A stretch of DNA of 18,732 nt, taken from IMG/VR virus record IMGVR_UViG_3300042922_001472; one strand, 5' to 3'. This document shows, one piece after another, positions 1 to 6,068 of this stretch. The position numbers and the translations under genes are program-made. The stretch's first letter is position 1; every line of letters begins with the position of its first letter. Under the pieces are notes generated by a model. The model was not told the origin of the DNA. It saw only the letters and a list, made by a program, of their open reading frames with translations, and ran no database searches. The DNA is from a virus (taxonomy: Duplodnaviria > Heunggongvirae > Uroviricota > Caudoviricetes).

Positions 1-417
1 ATGAAAAAAATAACCATATTAATTTTAATTTTAAGTTTTATTTTGTGTTTCGGCATGGTTTCTTATGCTACTGGAACTACAACAGATACTTACTCTACGA
101 AATCTGTAAATATAAATGCAGAAGTAGATGAAGATTCAATTGCTGATGGAGGTTTACCAGAAGTAACCATTGACCAAGTAGAAGAGTGGGTTGATAGAAA
201 GGGGTTTGACTTAGTTGGACTTGCTCAAACTTTCGCACAACCTTTTGCAATATTAGTATTTATTATTTGTGGATTTCTTGCTTTATTTGGATTATTTGGC
301 AATTCTCAGTTGTTTGCAAGAGGAATTTTTGGAGTAATTTTTGTAGTAATTGTATATGCATGTATCCTGTACGCACCAGAATTACTTGATATTTCAATGA
401 GTTGGCTTAAATCCTAA
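1..417 (+). CDS. Membrane protein with N-terminal signal-like segment and two C-terminal hydrophobic helices; possibly TrbC/VirB2 pilin-like
   Basis: 138 aa ORF: basic/hydrophobic N-terminus (MKKITILILILSFILCFGMVSYA), acidic linker, then hydrophobic stretches PFAILVFIICGFLALFGLFG and GIFGVIFVVIVYACILYA. This layout resembles VirB2-type pilins, but the family call is inferred. The RBS lies outside the window. Confidence 0.55.
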   Translation: MKKITILILILSFILCFGMVSYATGTTTDTYSTKSVNINAEVDEDSIADGGLPEVTIDQVEEWVDRKGFDLVGLAQTFAQPFAILVFIICGFLALFGLFGNSQLFARGIFGVIFVVIVYACILYAPELLDISMSWLKS

Positions 418-583
418 TGAGAATGTTAACGGGAAAAAAAGTTAGAAAAATAATATTATGAAAGTATTATCAAATAAAATGCTTTTTTAAGTCAATATTA
501 TTTAATAAAATTTAAAAGAGAGAATATGGTTAAAATCTTATTTTCTCTTTAATACAAATTATTCAGTGAATTTTAAATGATTT

Positions 584-613
584 ATGCTGAGGATTAACCC
601 CCTCAGCATTTTA
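584..613 (+). terminator. Intrinsic terminator after ORF 1-417
   Basis: ATGCTGAGG (584-592) pairs with CCTCAGCAT (601-609), followed by a T-run. A second, weaker hairpin has arms at 515-526 and 539-550. Confidence 0.7.
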
Positions 614-656
614 TTTGGCATTATTTAAGAAAATTTATTACAAAGTAACTAAGGTA

Positions 657-685
657 TTGACTATTAACATTAATAAGGTTAATAT
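657..685 (+). promoter_or_regulatory. Putative sigma-A promoter for ORF 732 with a degenerate copy of the TTGACTATAGTCAA motif
   Basis: TTGACT (657-662), 17 bp, TAATAT (680-685). 657-670 TTGACTATTAACAT matches the palindrome at 10/14. GAGGG RBS precedes the ATG at 732. Confidence 0.5.
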
Positions 686-731
686 TATATATGGAAAATT
701 TTACTATCAATAGTTAAATGGAGGGCATTTA

Positions 732-1526
732 ATGAAATTTAGATTTAAAGATATTCGAGTAGAAACTGGTAATGTTAAAATCGAAAAAAACACAATTTCT
801 AAACTTTCTGGAAATGAGATTGAAAAACTTACACTTGATTTAAACATATTAAGTAATGATTCAGTTATATTTCAAGACTTATTAAAAGAATTAACAGAAG
901 GTGAAATATACAGTTTAACTGAGGGTGGTTACGATGCAAAGGAATTTAAATTAATAAACAGTTCATATATTTATTCTAATGATAATTCACTACATAGATT
1001 CATCTTAAATATTGAGCAAGTTGAGAAATTAAATATTCAAAGCTTGACAATTGCTGGCATTGAAGTTATTCCATATGAATATACCGAAGAATATGATAAT
1101 GGTATTATTATAAATGCTAAATTTAAGATAAATAAAGAAAATTCACAAAAGTTACATAATAATTTAAAAGATACATATTTTGATGTGATTAGAAAAGGCA
1201 TTAGCAATGAAGTGAAAATAATGCGTTTTGGTCAAACATTATGGTCAGACCATGGAGACTATAAAAAATATAATGTTACTATTGTAGAAAAGTGTTATGA
1301 TGATTTCGAAACTATACTTAAACATGGTTTTCTTGAACCTGCTCATTCAAATATTATGAGAATGTTAGCTCATACGATAAATTTGAACAATGAATTAATA
1401 AATTTATTAAAATCAAATAACACAATATCCGAAGCAGATTTGGAAGATATTAAAGAAAAAGCTAAAAATGATATTGATAAAACGTATAATGAGTATTTTA
1501 AAGTTGAAGATATAGATAAGTGGTAA
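732..1526 (+). CDS. Hypothetical protein (264 aa, beta-rich N-terminal two-thirds, helical C-terminus)
   Basis: Long ORF with RBS (GGAGGG), promoter and downstream terminator; no motif recognised. Confidence 0.8.
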   Translation: MKFRFKDIRVETGNVKIEKNTISKLSGNEIEKLTLDLNILSNDSVIFQDLLKELTEGEIYSLTEGGYDAKEFKLINSSYIYSNDNSLHRFILNIEQVEKLNIQSLTIAGIEVIPYEYTEEYDNGIIINAKFKINKENSQKLHNNLKDTYFDVIRKGISNEVKIMRFGQTLWSDHGDYKKYNVTIVEKCYDDFETILKHGFLEPAHSNIMRMLAHTINLNNELINLLKSNNTISEADLEDIKEKAKNDIDKTYNEYFKVEDIDKW

Positions 1527-1720
1527 TAATATGAGAAATTAGAAAAATATTAAGAAGCTTCATATTAAAAAAAATATATAGTCGGTATTTGTGAAAGTAT
1601 TGAAATTGATGAAGTATGTAAAAAATTGATTATATCAAATGAAAAGATTAAAGAATGAATATGATAAGGTTACAGGTTTAAAGAGTTCTATAGTTGATAA
1701 AATGCAAAAAAGAATATATG

Positions 1721-1748
1721 AAAACAAGGTGTAATTTCCTTGTTTTTT
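1721..1748 (+). terminator. Intrinsic terminator
   Basis: AAAACAAGG-8 nt-CCTTGTTTT followed by further Ts. Confidence 0.65.
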
Positions 1749-2061
1749 ATTTTAATGGAAAATCTAATTATATTATAATACAGTTATTTTGTAAACATTT
1801 TAAGAATAGCTTTTAATAAATGTATTAAGCTTAATAATATTTCAATAACCAAAGTATATTTTAAAAATACGATTAACTCAAATATTAATAAAAACATTAA
1901 TCAACAATTCTAAAGATTTATAAAATATAAAAATTATTATTATATTTCTTTTAAAAAAGTATAACTTTTGTATTAAAAAAAACACTATATAGGTTTATGT
2001 ATTCCGAAAGTTAAAACAGTTAAATTAGATTGAAAAAGTAGTAGTTACAGAAGATGATATA

Positions 2062-2093
2062 AAAAGAAGTGATAAAGTATTATCACTTCTTTT
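2062..2093 (-). terminator. Bidirectional intrinsic terminator at the end of ORF 2745-2098
   Basis: Perfect 14-bp stem AAAAGAAGTGATAA / TTATCACTTCTTTT with a 4-nt loop, 4 bp beyond the stop codon. Confidence 0.8.
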
Positions 2094-2097
2094 AAAT

Positions 2098-2745
2098 TTA
2101 TTGTTTAGGTTGTAATTGTTCTTTTAATAAATCAATCAATCCTTTTAGTTCTGTATCATTTTTAATTGCTTCCAAAGTTTCTTGTGAAGCAAAATATGCA
2201 ATAATTCTTGCTTCTACTGTTTTAGCAAATCTTTTTAAGTCGTCATCTTGTAGAGCAACTCTCACTATCTCTTCTGGATTGCCTCTTGGAACTATTAAGC
2301 CAGTTTCATTTTCTTCGCCAGCACCAGTTTCACCAGAGAGTATCCATGGCATTTTGTCTCCAGGGGTTATTTTAAATTGTCTTGACATTGATTTACCATC
2401 AGGTCTTTCTTTTCCTCTTTTCTTAAGGTTTTCTGCTGAAATCCCACCCATATCATTGAATATTTCTTTACAATATTTGTATCCACCTTTTTCTTTAGCT
2501 TCTTTTGCTTGTTTAGCTAAAACTGCCATTTTACCACTTAAAATATCTGCTGATAAACCAAGGAATTTATCCATGTCCATGTATAACTGTATATTCTTCT
2601 TCTGTCTACTATTTTTCTGCTGTGAAACATCATACTCTATGAAATTTATTTGTACTTTTCCTATCGCAAAAGCTGAACGCATAACTTCCATAAATACATT
2701 TTTACCATCAAATCTTAAAATTTGGTTTGTGTTTTTATCTTTCAT
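2098..2745 (-). CDS. Hypothetical protein (215 aa), monocistronic; possible duplicated beta4-alpha (Whirly/PC4-like) fold
   Basis: GGAGG RBS (CCTCC on + strand at 2757-2761), consensus promoter and its own terminator. The fold idea is inferred from the sequence pattern only. Confidence 0.85.
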   Translation of the reverse strand: MKDKNTNQILRFDGKNVFMEVMRSAFAIGKVQINFIEYDVSQQKNSRQKKNIQLYMDMDKFLGLSADILSGKMAVLAKQAKEAKEKGGYKYCKEIFNDMGGISAENLKKRGKERPDGKSMSRQFKITPGDKMPWILSGETGAGEENETGLIVPRGNPEEIVRVALQDDDLKRFAKTVEARIIAYFASQETLEAIKNDTELKGLIDLLKEQLQPKQ

Positions 2746-2798
2746 AATTTTTAAATCCTCCTATGATTTAACAATTTATATTCTTTATTAATATATTC

Positions 2799-2827
2799 AT
2801 TATACCATAATAATATAAAATTGTCAA
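2799..2827 (-). promoter_or_regulatory. Consensus sigma-A promoter with extended -10
   Basis: Minus strand: TTGACA (2827-2822), 17 bp, TATAAT (2804-2799), preceded by TGG (TGn extension). Confidence 0.85.
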
Positions 2828-2896
2828 ATATAATTTACAAAAACAATTAAAAATAACTCAAATTAATACGACTCTCGCTAATAAAGTTCTTAGGTG

Positions 2897-2925
2897 TTGA
2901 CTATAGTCAATGCACATAGTATAAT
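2897..2925 (+). promoter_or_regulatory. Sigma-A promoter overlapped by a perfect 14-bp palindrome TTGACTATAGTCAA (putative operator)
   Basis: TTGACT (2897-2902), 17 bp, TATAAT (2920-2925). The palindrome spans 2897-2910. Confidence 0.8.
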
Positions 2926-2973
2926 TAAGTATAATGCATATAATTAACAAATAATCGCTAAGGGAGGGGATTT

Positions 2974-3984
2974 ATGATACGTAATTCAGTTATTAATTTA
3001 AATTATGAAAGTGAATTAAGCGATGTTTTATTGAAAAATTTATTAAAGTTATATAATCTTAAAAATGAAGAAGTCTTATATCATTATTTTTATTTAAGAT
3101 TTTTAATTGAAAATAATGAGAAAAAAATAGATGATTGGAATAAAAATAAATTACTAATTGATTTTTTAATAAGTGAGCTTAATTTACCTATATATAACAA
3201 TTTTTTAATTTATAAAGGACAGAGATTCAGTAGAGCGTTTTCGGTACAACGCAACACACTTGATAATATTGTAACTGATTGGCAATTTAGAGGAACACTA
3301 CATAAAATAGTCAATTCAAAGGGTATATATATTAGTTTTGAAAAACACATAAAAAAAGAGTGGGATGAAATAAATGCTTATGGAAAGAACAAAGCTAAAT
3401 TATATAAAAGTACAATTTATTATCAATCATGTTTTAAAAAGAACTCGTTAGATTTATTAAATGATAAATATAATGTAAAAACAGGTAACATACCAGTAAT
3501 TAAATATATAAAGTATCCAGAAACACATAATTATTTTATTCGAACATTGGAAGAGAGATATTTAAGCGAAGTTAAATCTGCAGAGTTTATTACTAATAAT
3601 GTTTCAAATATAACAGAAGCCGATGTGGAAAATTTTCTAATTAGTAATCTAAATTTATTAGAAGAAGGACTTAAATATGTTGATAAACAATGCGTAGTAA
3701 AGGGTGGAAGAATAGATATAGTCGCAAAAGATATTAATAATTCGGTTGTACTTATAGAACTTAAATTGCACTTGCGAAAAGAAATATTATGGCAGTGTTT
3801 AAGGTATCCAAAGGCATACATGGATATTAATAACGTTGATAAAGTTAGGATGTTAGCAGTAACGCCAAAGCTACCTGAACACATTTTACAGCCACTTATC
3901 GAAGCAGGAATAGAGGTAATGCAATATAAACCATTAGTTGAAATGGGGAAAATTAAGAATTTAATATTTGAAAAAAGAAATTAA
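2974..3984 (+). CDS. Protein with C-terminal endonuclease NucS-like (PD-(D/E)xK, RecB-family) domain and an unknown ~210 aa N-terminal region
   Basis: C-terminal motif E-x-x-VENFL...GRIDIVAKD...VLIELK...WQCLRY carries the D/ExK catalytic residues and the QxxxY motif. RBS AAGGGGAGGG. Confidence 0.7.
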   Translation: MIRNSVINLNYESELSDVLLKNLLKLYNLKNEEVLYHYFYLRFLIENNEKKIDDWNKNKLLIDFLISELNLPIYNNFLIYKGQRFSRAFSVQRNTLDNIVTDWQFRGTLHKIVNSKGIYISFEKHIKKEWDEINAYGKNKAKLYKSTIYYQSCFKKNSLDLLNDKYNVKTGNIPVIKYIKYPETHNYFIRTLEERYLSEVKSAEFITNNVSNITEADVENFLISNLNLLEEGLKYVDKQCVVKGGRIDIVAKDINNSVVLIELKLHLRKEILWQCLRYPKAYMDINNVDKVRMLAVTPKLPEHILQPLIEAGIEVMQYKPLVEMGKIKNLIFEKRN

Positions 3985-4001
3985 AATAAATGGAGAAAAG
4001 A

Positions 4002-4700
4002 ATGATAAAAAATAAATGGAGAAAAAACGGTTTTATAATAGTTTACAAAAATCCTTCAATACAGCCATTTAGAGAAAATTTGATAAAAAGCATTAAAGAC
4101 GTAATGTACTTTTATTATGACATTGATATTTTCTTTAAAAGAAATAAAATCTTTCATGCAGAAGCATATGATTTTCCTAAAGTACAAAATTTAGATAAAT
4201 ATATTGATTATATCGTTGATATGAATGAAAAAGATATGTTTGTTTATGAAAATATCGAAGATAATGGGTTTTGTAGAAAAAAACTTTATAATTTTATAGA
4301 TTTAGGAGACATCTTTGATATTGAATATTTTTACAAAATAGAAAAAATTGTAACATATGTAAAACAAAGTTATGAAAATGAGTATAAAAGATTTGAAGAA
4401 TACACTTTACGCATAGGTAAATGTAAACAAAATAAGTCATACGGAAAAGAAGTTTTTATAAAAAATTTAACTAAAGAAGATATAATTAATTTAAAAGAAA
4501 AAGCAATAGAGTTTTGTAGTTTAGCTATTCAAGATTATAATGAAAATTTGAAAAAGCGTGTAATTAAATGCCCTAAATGCGAAAAACATCAGTTATATTT
4601 AGAAGCATTTGCTGGTATAAAAGAACATATGGAAGAACAAATCAAATGTATTTATTGCGAAAATGAATTTAGCATTAACGATGATATTTATATTAATTAA
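4002..4700 (+). CDS. Hypothetical protein with C-terminal C4 zinc ribbon
   Basis: CPKC...CIYC near the C-terminus. The ORF track starts at 3990, but the in-frame ATG at 4002 has GGAG (3992-3995) at normal spacing, so it is the likelier start. Confidence 0.75.
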   Translation: MIKNKWRKNGFIIVYKNPSIQPFRENLIKSIKDVMYFYYDIDIFFKRNKIFHAEAYDFPKVQNLDKYIDYIVDMNEKDMFVYENIEDNGFCRKKLYNFIDLGDIFDIEYFYKIEKIVTYVKQSYENEYKRFEEYTLRIGKCKQNKSYGKEVFIKNLTKEDIINLKEKAIEFCSLAIQDYNENLKKRVIKCPKCEKHQLYLEAFAGIKEHMEEQIKCIYCENEFSINDDIYIN

Positions 4701-4712
4701 AGGAGATAGGAT

Positions 4713-5063
4713 ATGTGGTTTGGAATAGTTTTGAGTGGTGAAGAAATTACGAAAAAGCATTATAATATAAAAAGCAAATTTACTAATGATAATAGATATT
4801 CAATAGCACGTTCAGAATTAATAAAATCAATTTCTGAAGAATTTGAAATTCCATATAAGGTTGCTGACGCATACATTACAATAGCTTCAACATATTATTC
4901 AAATTCATGGTTTTTAATTTTAGATAATGTTGTTAAGTTGATACGCACTGAAATGTGTCATAGTGTGTATACAACATTAAATGCTTCTGGAATTGAACCA
5001 ACGGTTGAAAATGCTAAGTATGAAATTTATAAATTAAAAGAGGAAATACAACAATTTAATTAA
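4713..5063 (+). CDS. Hypothetical protein (116 aa), last gene of the NucS-like operon
   Basis: AAGGAG RBS, 12 bp after the previous stop, followed by a terminator. Confidence 0.75.
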   Translation: MWFGIVLSGEEITKKHYNIKSKFTNDNRYSIARSELIKSISEEFEIPYKVADAYITIASTYYSNSWFLILDNVVKLIRTEMCHSVYTTLNASGIEPTVENAKYEIYKLKEEIQQFN

Positions 5064-5072
5064 CTTTAAAAT

Positions 5073-5113
5073 AAAAATACTTAATAATGTTTTTAACACT
5101 ATTAAGTATTTTT
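5073..5113. terminator. Bidirectional terminator between convergent genes
   Basis: AAAAATACTTAATA (5073-5086) pairs with TATTAAGTATTTTT (5100-5113); it abuts the mazF stop codon. Confidence 0.75.
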
Positions 5114-5491
5114 TTACAAGCCTAAACTAATTTTTAATTTTTTATTAATTAATTCTATTAAACTATCGTCAAGTTTTGATACTTTTTCAAGTAATCTTGA
5201 TTTATCAATTGTTTTTATTTGTTCTAACAAAACTATTGAATTTTGAGGTAAGTAAGAAATCTCTTTGTCTAATTTTATATGAACTGGCAAATCAGTTTTT
5301 TTAATTATAGATGTTATTACCGCCACAATTGTTGTAGGGCTATATGTATTACCAATGTTATTTTGTAATATCAACACTGGTCTTATACCATTTTGTTCAG
5401 AACCAATACCTTCTCCTAAATCTGCAAAGTAGATTTCGCCTCTTTGTATTAATTTTTTTTTATCTTTATCTCTTTGTTCATTCGTATTCAA
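5114..5491 (-). CDS. mazF: PemK/MazF-family endoribonuclease toxin (NdoA/EndoA-like)
   Basis: RGEIYFADL..GIGSEQNGIRPVLILQNNIGNTYSPTTIVAVITS...NSIVLLEQIKTIDKSRL is the classic MazF signature, with the catalytic Arg (RP) and Thr (ITS) present. TTG start with GGAGG RBS. Confidence 0.93.
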   Translation of the reverse strand: MNTNEQRDKDKKKLIQRGEIYFADLGEGIGSEQNGIRPVLILQNNIGNTYSPTTIVAVITSIIKKTDLPVHIKLDKEISYLPQNSIVLLEQIKTIDKSRLLEKVSKLDDSLIELINKKLKISLGL

Positions 5492-5511
5492 GTAAATTCC
5501 TCCATTGTCAT

Positions 5512-5823
5512 TTATTTTTTGCTGTCATCAAATGCTCCAAATTCTTCAAGTAAAAAATATATAGAGCTTATTGCTAAAAAGGCAGATAACGTTAAAATAA
5601 TGAAGAATAGTTTTGAATTGAATAAAACTATTGAAATTATAAGTATTAAGGCTGAAATTATATTTAATATAGTCATTAATTTTACTTGTTTAAAGAAATC
5701 CTTTTTTACCGAATCGGGAAATATTTGAAAGTGACGCTTTTTTTTTGCTATTGAGATAAGCGAAATTATTATCAAAATTGCATCTAATCCCGTAGAAACA
5801 TATTTAATTATTATAGAATTTAT
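5512..5823 (-). CDS. Small integral membrane protein (~103 aa, about 3 hydrophobic segments), co-transcribed upstream of mazF; apparent ATA start
   Basis: The ORF track gives 5512-5775 (TTG). The frame is open 16 codons further, to ATA at 5823-5821, which lies 7 nt after a strong AAAGGGAGG RBS (5839-5831). The stop is 20 bp before the mazF start. Confidence 0.65.
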   Translation of the reverse strand: MNSIIIKYVSTGLDAILIIISLISIAKKKRHFQIFPDSVKKDFFKQVKLMTILNIISALILIISIVLFNSKLFFIILTLSAFLAISSIYFLLEEFGAFDDSKK

Positions 5824-5862
5824 TGTAACACCTCCCTTTGAATAATTATATGACTATATACT

Positions 5863-5891
5863 ATATTAAATCGTATATTGTATATAATCAA
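5863..5891 (-). promoter_or_regulatory. Putative promoter of the membrane protein-mazF operon
   Basis: Minus strand: TTGATT (5891-5886), 17 bp, TAATAT (5868-5863). A degenerate TTGACTATAGTCAA-like site (5850-5863, 10/14) follows immediately. Confidence 0.45.
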
Positions 5892-5956
5892 TACAAAAAC
5901 TGATTGATAAAGTTTTATATAAAAGTAATGCATTAGAGAATAAACATAAATTATAA

Positions 5957-5985
5957 TTTACAAAATGTAAAAAATAGTATATAAT
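5957..5985 (+). promoter_or_regulatory. Putative sigma-A promoter of the topoisomerase operon
   Basis: TTTACA (5957-5962), 17 bp, TATAAT (5980-5985). Confidence 0.65.
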
Positions 5986-6068
5986 GAATACATAACGTAA
6001 TTTTGTGTTAAATTATAAAAAACACTTTAAAATAGAATTATTGTAAAAAAGTAGGAGGAACATATACA

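Noticed and set aside
1529-1734. Coding-looking fragments after ORF 732, including a 31 aa ORF at 1639-1734
   Set aside because: No SD, several stops and no recognisable motif. It may be a decayed gene, but I cannot support that.
1750-2060. Extremely AT-rich spacer considered as a replication origin or oriT
   Set aside because: No iterons, DnaA boxes or nic-like hairpin seen; AT richness alone is uninformative in this background.
2279-2791. 170 aa + strand ORF
   Set aside because: Antisense shadow of the 2745-2098 gene, which has the RBS, promoter and terminator.
3531-3884. 117 aa - strand ORF
   Set aside because: Antisense to the NucS-like domain; no RBS.
5663-5676. TTTAATATAGTCAT, an 11/14 match to the palindromic motif
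   Set aside because: Inside a CDS and not near a promoter. Treated as a chance match, and it shows that 10-11/14 hits are weak evidence.
5344-5728. + strand ORFs 5344-5553 and 5474-5728
   Set aside because: Shadows of mazF and the membrane-protein gene.
5887-5908. ATCAAT-N10-ATTGAT inverted repeat at the mazF operon -35
   Set aside because: Six-bp AT-rich arms, a single occurrence, expected by chance.
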